64,000 bases of DNA from an uncultured Hormoscilla sp. (GTDB lineage Bacteria > Cyanobacteriota > Cyanobacteriia > Cyanobacteriales > Desertifilaceae): positions 1,024,001 through 1,088,000 of the forward strand of contig OZ001293.3 in assembly GCA_963921275.4 (NCBI GenBank), written 5' to 3'. The notes beneath the pieces were generated by a model. It saw nothing but the letters and a program-made list of their open reading frames with translations. It made no database searches and had not been told where the DNA came from. This document shows positions 13,213 through 24,622 of the stretch, in pieces. A program made the position numbers and the translations under genes. How positions within the stretch are numbered: the stretch's first letter is position 1; the number at the start of each line of letters is the position of its first letter.

Positions 13213-14808
13213 AGAGCAATGGGAAAAGCACGTAAGGGCCATAGAGAGTGCCCAAAACTTGAGTGCGTTGGTAATTGCTGTATTACAAATGGCTTGGTAC
13301 CTGGGCTTACAACTGCTTGAAGCAGAACTAGAACAGCGAGGCAGCCTCGTCCGAGAGAATCGGTTTTGTCCTCACTGTGGAAGTCGTCTACACAGTAAAG
13401 GGAAAGTTCGCCGCCAAGTCCACACCTTGTTGGGGGTGGCGCAATGGAAACGGCGAGTGCTGCGATGTCCCCAGGGTTGTCCTGGGAGTCAGCAAATCCA
13501 TCAGATGAGAAGTTGGGCATCGCCCCTTATGAGCAAACCTCCTGGGAAGTCAAACGACTGGGGTGTCTATTGAGTGTGTTTGTGCCCTATGAGTTGGCCA
13601 CGCAATTGCTCGAACAACTCACAGGAGTCCGCATCCGCGACAGCAGTCTATGGAATTGGATACAGCAGGCAGGCCAACGAGCCAAACTGATTTGGGAAGA
13701 GCGTCTGACAGCGATGGAATCTGGAGAGGAAGTGGCCAAAGAAGCCATGAGTGCTGAGCTTCAGACCTTGATGATGGTGTTGAGTGCCGATGGTGTGATG
13801 GCACCGAAGGTGGTATGGCGAGCGTGATGGTGGAGTGGGCTTTTGGCGACTGTATCGAGAGTGCTTTTCTGACTGTGCGGTCGGTATTCTAGACTTTTAC
13901 CATGCAGCAGGCCATCTATGGCGAGCGGCGACTGCTTGGTTGGGTCATGACCCCGAAGCGGCTGAGATTTGTTTTGAGCGCTGGCGACATCTCCTGCGCC
14001 ATGGCAAACATACCCAAGTGCTCATGGAGTTGACCCGGCTGGTGAATCGAGTGACTTTGAACGCCGAATCCATGAAAGTACTGGCACAAGTCCAAGCAGA
14101 TTTCCAAAATCACTGCCAGCATGTGGCTTATTCGGCCTTTGAACAGGAGCAGTTGCCTTTGGGTTCTGGTCTTGTGGAAAGTGCCTGTAAATGGTTAATT
14201 CAGCAGCGCTTTAAGTGGGTGGGTATGGGTTGGAGTTCCACGGGCTTTGAGCATCTCCTCTATCTTCGCTTGGCTTGGGTCAATCAACGCGGGAGATACC
14301 CTTTTCCCCTCAGCCCTAATGTCAACCCCCAACCTTTAGATGCGCCCCGTGATGAAACATTGCTGGTGCGTCCAGTGGTTCTGGGTCTCAAAAAAAATAC
14401 CCGTAATGGAGAAAATTTTCATTGCCATTCTCTGTAGTCTAGCAGCAGATGTTGTTAATACAGCCCCAGTGGCTGTACTGTATCGAGGACCCGCTTCGTA
14501 TTGAAGGATTATTCCAAACAGTGACAGAAAATTTTCACTGCTCCCTTCAGACTTTGGGTTATCCGGTCATCGGCTTGATTTTCTTTTTGTTTGGCAATGG
14601 TAGCTTATAAGATTTTAGCTGTTGGGCGGTTTTAGGTAAGGTGCATGGTCCCGGAAAAATTATGGCTGCGCCCCCCGTAGCGTGGCCCAGCCATGCGCAG
14701 CGCTATCGGCCTCAGATTTTTACTTGGTCAATGAAATCCAAGGGACGCGGGATGATGATTGCAATTGAACCAGAACAAAGGATGCGTATTTGCATCAATA
14801 AACAAATT

Positions 14809-15780
14809 TATAGCATTTCTCAAAATAGTGAGGTACAGTAGCAACGTAAAAAAGTTGTATAGATCTGACAAACTAACATTTTCAAAACCATCAGTAATTG
14901 CATGGTTCTCGGTGACATTTTTTTTATAGCTCTTTAGCTGCGACCAAAAGTTCTCAATTGGAGAAAAATCGGGAGAATAAGGAGGTAGATAGACTAACCG
15001 CGTACCTACTTTTTTAATAGTTCCTCTTATGGCTTTTCCATTATGTATTGTACATCGGTCCACGACTAGGCTCCTTTCCATAAACGAGGAACTAAATGTC
15101 TAACTATAAAAGCTTCAAAAGTTAAGCTATCATAAGAACCTAAAATCTTGAATGAACTCACTACTCCCTTAAGACGCTCCGACTATCGAAACGTTTTTTC
15201 CTCGCTTACTTGGCTTACTTCCATGGGCTCTTTGACCACATGCGACCATAAATGCGTGTTAACCCCAGGTTAACACCGGATTCGTCCAAGAAGATTAAGT
15301 CAAAAGGGTCTATTCCTTCTATTTCTTTCCAGTAGTCTACCCTTAATTTTTGGACTCTATCACTTCTTTTCTCTGTTGGATGTAACACTTTTTTTTTGAC
15401 GGTAAATCCCAACTTCTTTATCATCCTATCTATTCTCGAACGGCTGACCACCGGTCTCTTTTTCAAGACTAGATTGATATTCTTCTAAGGTCCAGTCATT
15501 ATTTTCCTTTACTAAATTATGAATAATTGCCAGTTCTTCATCCTTAAGTTTTCGTGGACGACCAGGACTTTTCTTAGGTAACAAATTGCCGCCGATCTTG
15601 CTGGATGATTTTGGTAACAAAACTTAAAGCTACCCTAAATCTGCTCGCCAGTTTTCTTTGTGATATATTCTCATTTTTATAGACAGATTTTTGTAGATAT
15701 ACTGAATAGGGTTTCATAGCTTTCTCGTCCATATATTCTTGACTCTCTTATTGTACCTCATGTTTTTGAGAAATGCTATA
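14809..15780 (-). mobile_element. IS630-family IS, degraded
   Basis: IRs TATAGCATTTCTCAAAA...TGAGGTACA; FLDESG and LPPYSPDFSPIE motifs. Confidence 0.9.
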
Positions 15781-16665
15781 AGTTGGTAGATGTTCTTTGA
15801 GATTTAGCAAAAACGAATTCCTTTAATTGATTTTCTGGGTGCAGCCCCGCGCACCCAAAGTTCCGACTCTATATGACCCTCGTCATCGGAATGTCTCAAC
15901 TGCCCGACTTTTAACGAACGCATCTCGGTCACCTTTCCCATCACATTCTCGACCCACTCATCGGTGTCGCGTCGAAGGTAGGAAAGGAGTATCATAACTA
16001 ATTTTACTGCTTGAGGCAATCTCTGATTCTCAACAGATTTAAATAAATTGAGAATCAGCTAGCGCATAATCATTGATTATCAATTGCCTCAATTAATTGA
16101 TAATCATCTGACAAAGAAGTGGAACTAACAAAGACGCGAATTCCCAAACAATTCGAGATTTTAAATTTTGCCTATATATTGAGAAAATTTCGCCAAAGAA
16201 CTGAACAATTCGATGTCTCTGCCAGAGCTTTTGTCCCAGGGAACATGGCTGCGCTCCCGCAAGGGATACGGCACACAGGAGAGATCGACGCAACAACCGA
16301 GAAAAATATGGCTGCGCCCCCAGCGCAGCGCGATCGGCTGGGCGGGCCATTGTTTCCCGTCACCTTGACAGGGCTAGGAGACAAACTTAGCTATTGAGAC
16401 GGGCACAGGAGGCTTGACAAAATACAACCGAACAAAGCTGCGTCTCCCGGGGGACACAGCCAGAAGCTGTGGGAGTTTTGTTTTAACCCTACCTGATAAA
16501 ATCCAGAGGTCTGTCAAACAAATAGATCTAAAGCCTGTCTTCAGAAGAGATGGCTAATGGTATAAATTTACCTAATTTTAAATAAATGACTATCTTTGAA
16601 GTTAGCCGCTCGCAGAACTTTCTGGTTAATCTGGCGGCGGGAAGGAAAAAATAACTCGGGACATT

Positions 16666-16674
16666 TGATATAAT
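16666..16674 (+). promoter_or_regulatory. Extended -10 element (TGATATAAT) upstream of cyclophilin copy 1
   Basis: TGnTATAAT, conserved at 19632-19640 ahead of the paralog. Confidence 0.5.
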
Positions 16675-17226
16675 AAGGCGTATTCGCGAGCAGGATTCAG
16701 AAATGGAAGATTTACCCCAGTTAACAGGTCTGGCGACGGTGGTGATGGTAGTGAATGGCGACCCAATAACCATCGAAGTGGACGGCACAAATGCCCCAAT
16801 TACCTCTGGTAACTTTGTCGATCTGGTGGAACGACGGTTTTACAACGACATTTCCTTTCACCGAGTGGTACGGGAACCAACTCCGTTTGTAGTGCAAGCT
16901 GGAGATCCGCAAAGTAAAGACCCGAATTTTCCCCCAGAACTGCTGGGAACAGGCGGTTTTGTTGACCCGGAAATTGGTGAGGAACGGGAGATTCCTTTGG
17001 AAATTAAACCTGTAGGGGCCGCTGAACCGATCTACAGTCAAACTTTCTCTCAGGCGGGAATTACGGCGCCGCCAGTGTTGCCAAATGTTCGCAGTACGAT
17101 CGCGATGGCGCGGGTAGGTGGGATTCCTGATTCAGCGTCGTCCCAGTTATTTATTAATTTGGCAGATAATCCTTTCCTGGACGGGGAATTTGCTGTCTTA
17201 GGAAACGTGACGGCAGGAATGGATGT

Positions 17227-19296
17227 GTGCGATTCTTTTAGCTTAAAATAACTTGACACAAGTCAAGAAGGGGGACAGCTAACAGGGTCTCATTAGCCCT
17301 GATAACTTATAGATGATGGTGGTGAAAGCCCACCCGTCCAGGTGCAGGACTGAAAGCATAACCCCTACGGTAGCGATGGCATCAATCCGTAAAGCGGGAT
17401 TAAAAGGCGCTCTGACTGGTAGCCTAAACCGGTGATCGCCAAGCAAGTAGTCATGATGAGTGAAAGCAAAGACTCATAAGTGTCGTCACCCAGAACCAGC
17501 GAAAAGGCTGAAACGCTGGCCCAAAAAAAGGGAAAGGATAATGGCCATTGGCGGTTACATTCCCGACCAATAAGCACTGGCAACAAACCCGGCACATAGA
17601 GTCCATCTAAAACTACGATCAATCATCTATGGGAACGAAGTAAACCAGGTATGTACTCTCTATCACCGGTCGATAGATAGAGTAGCCACCAAAGGCGTAA
17701 CATCTGCCTTCCATTAGGGCAGGTCATATTTGGGAAAGATTGAGTGGAGAAGCAAAAGCCTACCGTAATGGGTAGGATAAGCTGACACCCTCACGGTAAT
17801 GTCAAAAGTAGAGTTGCAAATAGCAATGTAAATGTTATAAGCACGATGGGTATATCGATGAATGAATGGGAGAGTATCCCCTGGCGGAAGTTAGAGAGGA
17901 TAGTCTTTAAGTTGCTTCTGAGAATTTACAGAGCGGCACAACGTGGAGATAAGCGGACAGTTCGCAGACTCCAAAGGTTACTGGTAAAATCCCGGGCAGC
18001 CAAAAGTCTAGCGGTACGACAGGTAACACAGGATAACCAGGGAAAGAAAACAGCAGGTGTGGATGGTGTGAAATCACTGACCCCAAAGCAAAGAATGAAA
18101 CTGGTAGGACAAATAGAAATCTCAAACAAGGCCAAACCTGCACGACGAGTGTGGATACCAAAGCAAGGAAGAGACGAAAAACGTCCATTAGGAATACCAA
18201 CAATGTACGACCGTGCGACACAGGGGTTACTAAAAATTGCGCAGTTATCCTGAATGGGAAGCGTATATGGAAGGAAACTCCTACGGATTCAGACCGGGAA
18301 GAGGATGTCATGATGCAATCGAAGCAATATTTCTCAGCATCAAACAAAAATCTAAGTGGGTCTTAGATGCTGATATAGCCAAATGTTTAGATAAAATTGA
18401 CCATAAAGCACTAATGGAAAAACTGAATACAACATCACCAATTCGTAAACAAATACGAGCATGGTTAAAAGCCGGGGTGATAGAGAAGAAAGAATGGTAT
18501 GCAACCGAAGAGGGTACAGGGAGGAGTCATATCACCATTACTAGCGAATATAGTTCTACATGGACTAGAAGAAGCGGTAATGGAACTCGCAGAAACACAA
18601 AGAGAAAGATACAAACTGACAGTAGTCAGATATGCAGATGACTTTGTGGTAATGCATGACGATAGAGAGAAGATAGAACAAGTGCAAGAGGTCATAGCAA
18701 AGTGGCTAAAAGGAATAGGACTAGAACTCAAGCCTGAAAAGACAAAAATATCTCATACGCTAAAAGGAGAAGATCCAGGATTTGACTTCCTAGGATTCAA
18801 CATAAGGCAACATGAGGTAAGTAAGAACAGAAGCGGCAAGAGCAGAAATGGAAAACCCCTAGGCCAAAAAACCCTCATCAAACCCAGTAATAAATCCATA
18901 GGTAAGCACAAAGAAAGGTTAGCAGAAATAGTAAGCAGCCTTAAAGCAGCTCCACAAGCTGCCCTGATAAGCAAACTAAACCCGATAATACGAGGATGGG
19001 CAAACTACTTCAGGACTGGAGTAAGCAAGGAAGTTTACTCAGACATGGACAAATACCTATGGGAAATCCTGTGGAATTGGGCAAAGAGAAGACACCCTAA
19101 CAAATCAAAAGGTTGGATAGCCAAAAAATATTGGTCAATAGACCAAGATGTACAATGGCGATTTCAATGTCAGAGAGAGGAAGGGGATGTAGAACTATAT
19201 CAACACGCGAGTGTAGAGATAGTAAGACATGTGAAAGTTAAAGGAAAAGCCAGTCCATATGACGGGAACCTCACATATTGGAGCACGAGACTAGGC
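17227..19296 (+). mobile_element. Group II intron with frameshifted RT ORF; 3' end deleted
   Basis: GTGCG at 17227; EBS1 loop ACATTC pairs with exon end GGATGT; no DV/DVI. Confidence 0.92.
17846..19296 (+). pseudogene. Group II intron reverse transcriptase/maturase, two frameshifts
   Basis: RPLGIP, SYGFRPGR, QGGVISPLLAN, YADD, GFDFLGF across three ORF pieces. Confidence 0.92.
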
Positions 19297-19673
19297 ACCG
19301 GGACTGCTGTTTCTCCAGGAAATGTGGATGCTGCCGATCGCATTATTGATTTCAATCCGGGCCAGGGCGATTGGGTGGCGATAGCGGGTTTGAGTAATGC
19401 AAGTAATTTGGAATTTAATGCCTCGGGCAGTGACACGCTAATTCAACTGAGGAATGGGAATATTTTGGGCATTGTCGAAGATACCGCAGCGAACATCGTG
19501 GAGAATGCGACATTCATAGTGAGTGGCCGGGATTTAGGGATGACTATTGGCATCGGTAGGTAGAGTAGGCATAATAGATCAGTAGGGTGGGCATCGCCCA
19601 CCTTTTGATTTCCTAAGGAAGGCGATCGGTTTGATATAATCAGGCGTATTGAAATTGCGAGAGTGATGCAGAA

Positions 19674-20882
19674 ATGGAAGATTTACCCCAGTTAACAGCT
19701 CCGGCAGCGGTGGTAATAGTGGTGAATGGTGCCCAAATTACCATATCAGTTGACGGCACAAATGCCCCAATTACCTCTGGTAACTTTGTCGATCTGGTGG
19801 AACGAGGCTTTTACAACCAAATTTCCTTTCACCGAGTGGTACGGGAACCAAATCCGTTTGTGGTGCAAGCTGGAGATCCGCAAAGCAGAGACCCGAATTT
19901 TCCCGTAGATCAGCTGGGAACAGCGGGTTTTATTGACTCGGTAACCGGTCAGGAATGTAGAATTCCTTTAGAAATTCAACCTGTCGGCGCAGCAGAACCG
20001 ATCTATAGCCAAACTTTCTCTCAGGCAGGAATAACGACTGCGCCACTGTTGCGGAATGTTCGCAGTGCGATCGCGATGGCGCGGGAGGGCAATAATCCTG
20101 ATTCAGCCTCGTCCCAGTTCTTTATTAATTTGGCAGATAATCCTTTCCTCGACGGGGAGTTTGCTGTCTTCGGGAACGTGACCCAAGGAATGGATGTGGT
20201 TGACCAAATTCAACAGGGCGATCGCATTATCTATGCTGGGGTAACTGAGGGCATAATCTCGGGTCGAGTTTCGTCTCTGATTACCGATTCTGTGCTGCTG
20301 AACAATTTGGTGAATGCTAGTAATGCTATCAAAGTTCCGGTTCTGACCAACTCCAGAACTGATGGCAACGAGGTGATTCAGCTTTCGACAAGCGATCGGG
20401 GAATTCTAGCTTTAGATGGCATTGATAATGTCGTTGGTTCCGATAACTCTGATGTGGTTAACGGTAATCGCGATGACGATATCATTGAAGGTCGTGCTGG
20501 TGATGATTTTCTCCGGGGCGGAAAAGGGAATGATATTTTAATTGGCAGCAGCGGTAACGATTATTTGGTGGGAGATTTGGGTTTGGATATCCTCACTCGT
20601 GGCAGCGATGCAGATACTTTTATCTTGCGCACCTTTGCCGCTGAGGCTGACGTGGATGCTGCCGATCGCATTTCTGATTTTAATCCCGGGGAAGGCGATC
20701 GGGTGGCGATCTCGGGCGAGATCGATCAAACAGATTTAGTATTTAATGCCTTGGGCAATGACACGCTAATTCAACTGACTAATGGCAACATTTTGGGTCT
20801 GGTGCAAAATGCCGCAACGGACATCGTGCAGAATGCTACATTCATAGTGGGTAGCGGGGATTTGGCGATGACTATTGGTTAG
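19674..20882 (+). CDS. Cyclophilin-type peptidyl-prolyl isomerase with RTX-like Ca-binding repeats
   Basis: [34 protein letters not shown]-type nonapeptides. Confidence 0.9.
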   Translation: MEDLPQLTAPAAVVIVVNGAQITISVDGTNAPITSGNFVDLVERGFYNQISFHRVVREPNPFVVQAGDPQSRDPNFPVDQLGTAGFIDSVTGQECRIPLEIQPVGAAEPIYSQTFSQAGITTAPLLRNVRSAIAMAREGNNPDSASSQFFINLADNPFLDGEFAVFGNVTQGMDVVDQIQQGDRIIYAGVTEGIISGRVSSLITDSVLLNNLVNASNAIKVPVLTNSRTDGNEVIQLSTSDRGILALDGIDNVVGSDNSDVVNGNRDDDIIEGRAGDDFLRGGKGNDILIGSSGNDYLVGDLGLDILTRGSDADTFILRTFAAEADVDAADRISDFNPGEGDRVAISGEIDQTDLVFNALGNDTLIQLTNGNILGLVQNAATDIVQNATFIVGSGDLAMTIG

Positions 20883-21020
20883 AGAGTGATAGGGTGGGCA
20901 ATGCCCACCTTTCTTTCTATGATAATATATCAATAGGTTAGTTCTAGGATCTGTCCCCCACAAGCTGTCGAACTCATGTTAAACTGCTAGCAGCAGCGCC
21001 TCCTGGGAGCACTATTCGTA

Positions 21021-21605
21021 CTACCCAGTAGACATTGCTTTGGCATATTCGACAAAAACATCAAAGTAGCGGTCTTCTTTAAATACACCCGTGTCCAACA
21101 GTTCAAATTCTAACCTGCGGCTTCGATGTCTCCTGGGAGCACTATTCGTACTACCCAATAGACATCGATCGCGCCTTTGATTCTCTTCGACCAACCAATC
21201 ATAAGGATAAGCCCCAAGGGGATATTTGTACAGACCCTTCATATAGGAATGAGTTGGGGTACTGTCAAGATATCAATAATAGTCTTTAACGTTCTCCCCA
21301 TGATTTCCTTGACAGGAAGTCAAGCCAAATGTCCGTTCTTTCAGCATGGGGTCTTTGCCATTCCAGAGGGCAATCTCGAAACACAGTCGCTGGTGGTTAT
21401 CAGAAATTCTCAATATCCCATCTTCTCCCCAGCGATAAGCGCGGTAATGGGATTGTTCGTGGGCAAAATAGTCCCAAGCTGCACCGTCAGGGCTATAATC
21501 TTCCCGCACCGTTCCCCACTGTCGTTCGCTTAAATAGGGACCCCAACGTTTCCAATAAGCTTGGCGGTTTCTGTCTGCTTCTAGTCTTTTTTCTTCCTGA
21601 GTCAT
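21021..21605 (-). pseudogene. MGH1-like glucosidase, N-terminal remnant
   Basis: [39 protein letters not shown]; truncated at a hairpin-element remnant. Confidence 0.85.
21121..21165 (+). repeat. 45-bp hairpin element inserted in a HIP1 site
   Basis: CTTCGATGTCTCCTGGGAGCACTATTCGTACTACCCAATAGACAT; removal leaves G|CGATCGC. Confidence 0.9.
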
Positions 21606-21612
21606 GGTTTTG

Positions 21613-21925
21613 TCAGTTTTCCCTTGTTACTGTTTGCAACTTAGGGGGATTAGGTAGCGATCGCCAAAAGGGCTTATAAGACAAATTCAACCTCTGACAG
21701 CGATAAGCCCCTTCAGGAATGCCGATATCCGCCGGAATCAATTCCCCCATTTTTTCTGGTAAAAGACCTGTTTTCGGTAGTCCTAGGGTCATCGTCCAAC
21801 GCCCTTTCATAAAATCTCCTGGAGCCTCTCCCGTAGTATAATCGACACCTGATGGAACATCTAGAGATAAAATGGGCGCCTTTGTAATATTTGTCCAGTT
21901 GATTAATTCCCGTGCAACTCCCCCC
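21613..21925 (-). pseudogene. NAD(P)H-hydrate epimerase (YjeF N-type), C-terminal fragment
   Basis: Manual translation APILSLDVPSGVD...TMTLGLPKTGL...ADIGIP. Confidence 0.75.
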
Positions 21926-21958
21926 TCGTCATACTTGGCAACCTGTTCTACGACAAGT

Positions 21959-22078
21959 TTAGCAACCTATTCGCTCATGGGACCCTGACGCCACATCAAC
22001 TACATAATGCTGTACCCTCAAAGCTGCGCTCAAGGTTTGGGCTAAAGCTTCGTCATCCTCCACTAAAAAAAGTCTCAT
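21959..22078 (-). pseudogene. Response regulator, N-terminal stub
   Basis: MRLFLVEDDEALAQTL...YVVDVA, then breaks off. Confidence 0.7.
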
Positions 22079-22090
22079 AACCTTTGCTCG

Positions 22091-22135
22091 ATGTCTCCTG
22101 GGTAGTAAGAATATTGCTCCCAGGAGACATCGAAA
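22091..22135 (-). repeat. 45-bp hairpin element (intergenic, after ftsZ)
   Basis: ATGTCTCCTGGGTAGTAAGAATATTGCTCCCAGGAGACATCGAAA. Confidence 0.88.
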
Positions 22136-22163
22136 ATGCTCAATCCTGAACCCTAGGCAACAG

Positions 22164-23441
22164 CTATCTTGGTGGACGCCGCCGTTGCAGAAAATCAGGA
22201 ATATCCAATCCTGGTTTGTTTTCTGGCTCCGTCGTCGGCCCTGGTCTGGTTCTGGTAATTGGTGGCACCGTTCGCGGTTCCACATTAGCTACTCGCTGTG
22301 AACTAACTGGTGGGGCTTGCACTTCACCAGTGAAACCCGTAGCGATCACAGTAATTCTGACTTCACCCTCAACGCGGTCATCAATCACCGCACCAAAAAT
22401 AATATTGGCGTTAGGATCTACCGCTTCGTAAATCACCTCAGCAGCTGCATTCACCTCATGCAAAGTCAGGTCACTACCGCCAGTAATGTTAAAAACCACC
22501 CCTTTAGCACCAGAAATCGAGGTTTCCAGCAATGGGGAAGAAATTGCGGCATAAGCGGCCTCACTAGCTCGGGATTTGCCCGAACCGCCTCCGATACCCA
22601 TCAGGGCCGAGCCAGCATCTGCCATTACCGCTCGGATATCGGCAAAGTCTACATTAACTAGACCAGGAACTGTAATGATATCGGAAATCCCTTGTACCCC
22701 TTGGCGTAGAATGTCATCAGCCACGCGAAATGCTTCTTGGACTGGGGTCTGTTCTGAAATCGCCGATAATAGCTTATTGTTCGGGATGATAATCAGGGTG
22801 TCTACCCGGCTTTTCAAGGCTTCAATACCTTCATCGGCTTGGCTCGTGCGACGCCGTCCTTCAAAGGTAAACGGGCGAGTCACTACCCCCACTGTCAAGG
22901 CTCCCATTTCCTTTGCCACTTCCGCCACGATCGGGGCTGCACCGGTGCCCGTCCCACCTCCCATGCCAGCCGTGATAAAAACTAGGTCTGCACCTTCTAA
23001 GGCGATCGCCAGTTCTTCCCGAGACTCTTCAGCTGCCTTTTGACCGATCGCCGGATTACCACCAGCCCCCAGTCCTCGGGTCAGCTTTTGTCCTATTTGC
23101 AGGCGTCTGGAAGCTGCTGAGTTTACTAATGCTTGGGCATCCGTGTTGATTGTCCAAAATTCTACACCAGCAACTTCGCTAGCGATCATGCGGTTAACAG
23201 CATTGCCGCCACCCCCACCAACGCCAATCACTTTGATTTTCGCTATGCTACTGGGCACTATATTGTCATTTAATGGTTCTTCTGCAAGCCGGCGGCCATC
23301 TCGCGACTGGGCCATTTGGAATCCAGCGTTGCCAAATGGGTTGGCGGCGTCCACTGCCTTTGAATAGGTAGATTTCTTTTCGCCATTGGAGCTTATATTA
23401 GTAAGCGGTAGCTGAGTCTGATTAGTAGGTGTCATCGGCAA
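22164..23441 (-). CDS. ftsZ: Cell division protein FtsZ
   Basis: [23 protein letters not shown]-terminal LDIPDFL; start may be the ATG at 23435. Confidence 0.99.
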   Translation of the reverse strand: MPMTPTNQTQLPLTNISSNGEKKSTYSKAVDAANPFGNAGFQMAQSRDGRRLAEEPLNDNIVPSSIAKIKVIGVGGGGGNAVNRMIASEVAGVEFWTINTDAQALVNSAASRRLQIGQKLTRGLGAGGNPAIGQKAAEESREELAIALEGADLVFITAGMGGGTGTGAAPIVAEVAKEMGALTVGVVTRPFTFEGRRRTSQADEGIEALKSRVDTLIIIPNNKLLSAISEQTPVQEAFRVADDILRQGVQGISDIITVPGLVNVDFADIRAVMADAGSALMGIGGGSGKSRASEAAYAAISSPLLETSISGAKGVVFNITGGSDLTLHEVNAAAEVIYEAVDPNANIIFGAVIDDRVEGEVRITVIATGFTGEVQAPPVSSQRVANVEPRTVPPITRTRPGPTTEPENKPGLDIPDFLQRRRPPR

Positions 23442-23625
23442 TTCAGTAATGTCTAGTCAATGACGCTGGTATGAGCGCAGCAGAAGACGGCGGTTTATGT
23501 CACATGGTAGCCTAAGGGCCACGGCATATTCAGCCAACAGTCTCTCAGAGTACTGTCACTTGACCTGCATTATATGCTATTCTAGCGTGCCTGTCAAGTT
23601 ACAGGTAAGTTCGGTTATGTGTATT

Positions 23626-24429
23626 CTATTTTACTGTATCTGACTTCATTTGAATTGAAGGTGAGGCGGGATTGGTGAGGTCAATGTAAGCAATTTGGCT
23701 AGAATTTATCTGTGCTGGCAGCTGTTGCATTTGAGCTAGAGTCAAAAGTTGAGTGGAAAACTGCGTTGACATTGAGCCAACATGAACCATCCCGAGCTGT
23801 GTGTTCAAAATTATATTTCTGGGGTTTTGCCAATCTATTGTCAATATTTTCACCGGACAGCGGCTGATTGCTTGATACACTGCTTCCCAGTGAGGTTGAT
23901 ATTGAGCCGGTGAACCGATGACTGTGAAGTTGGGTAATGGAAATGACCCATTGACATTAGTATAGCTGTATTTTGGCATCAACTCCCCCTGTGAGTCTAG
24001 TAATCCTAGCATCTTTGGCTGTCCTGCTTCCTTAACGGCGATCGCCACTGGCTCTCGTTCGAGTACCTCGATTATCAGCCTGGGCGGTAACAGATGGCGA
24101 CTGACTGTTGCACTTGCGATCAGGGCTTTTGCGGACAGCCCTCTAGCAATCTCTTGGGGTTGCAGCCGAAACAGGGACTGGGGATAGTCGATCGGTAGCG
24201 CCTTACGAATCGCCGACCTTGATAGCAATTTATTGCCGGCGATCTCCACCTGCTCTGGTTGACGGATCACCCAACCGGGCTGGGCGATCGCCCAGACTAC
24301 ACCGCCAGCTATGCCGCTGACAGCTACTGTGCGCCAGAGGGTCTGCAAAATTTTTAGACGCCTCGCTTGTCGCAATTTTTGACGCCGATGAGCCAATTGA
24401 GCTTGATATACATCAGGGATGATTGTCAT
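23626..24429 (-). CDS. ftsQ: Cell division protein FtsQ/DivIB
   Basis: Basic N-terminus, TM helix, POTRA domain, YIDL; immediately upstream of ftsZ; start approximate. Confidence 0.88.
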   Translation of the reverse strand: MTIIPDVYQAQLAHRRQKLRQARRLKILQTLWRTVAVSGIAGGVVWAIAQPGWVIRQPEQVEIAGNKLLSRSAIRKALPIDYPQSLFRLQPQEIARGLSAKALIASATVSRHLLPPRLIIEVLEREPVAIAVKEAGQPKMLGLLDSQGELMPKYSYTNVNGSFPLPNFTVIGSPAQYQPHWEAVYQAISRCPVKILTIDWQNPRNIILNTQLGMVHVGSMSTQFSTQLLTLAQMQQLPAQINSSQIAYIDLTNPASPSIQMKSDTVK

Positions 24430-24622
24430 CAATACGCGCGGCCACATGCTTCTAGCTTTGGGAGCTATCCTATGTTATAATTATAAGGGATAAAACAGGA
24501 TAGTTAGATTTTACGGCACGCTGCGCGAAAAATCGGCTCGGCTCATCAATAGAAATATCATGCCCAGCTGGAGAGCTTTTAAGTTATAGTTGTAAGCAAA
24601 CTAACAATACCAGAGTACAGGT

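Larger units (their letters stand above)
10924..14348 (+). mobile_element. ISKra4-like IS (host element) whose transposase is split by the 11050-13212 insertion
   Basis: Joined frame MEANLPVSEQW|EKHVRAIE; LDFYHAAGHLW and LGSGLVESACK motifs; right end AGATGCGCCCC; left end uncertain. Confidence 0.75.
16703..19563 (+). pseudogene. Cyclophilin-type PPIase/Ca-binding protein, copy 1, interrupted by a group II intron and internally deleted
   Basis: 16703-17226 and ~19297-19563 align with the N- and C-termini of the paralog at 19674-20882. Confidence 0.9.

Noticed and set aside
15804..16050. Coding-like fragment next to IS630
   Set aside because: Family could not be identified
16230..16520. GC-rich hairpins and an ATGGCTGCGCCCCC motif (also near 14662) as a riboswitch or ncRNA
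   Set aside because: No Rfam-type motif recognised; more likely small dispersed repeats
22216..23367. ORFs antisense to ftsZ, and similar shadow ORFs elsewhere
   Set aside because: Reverse-frame shadows of real genes
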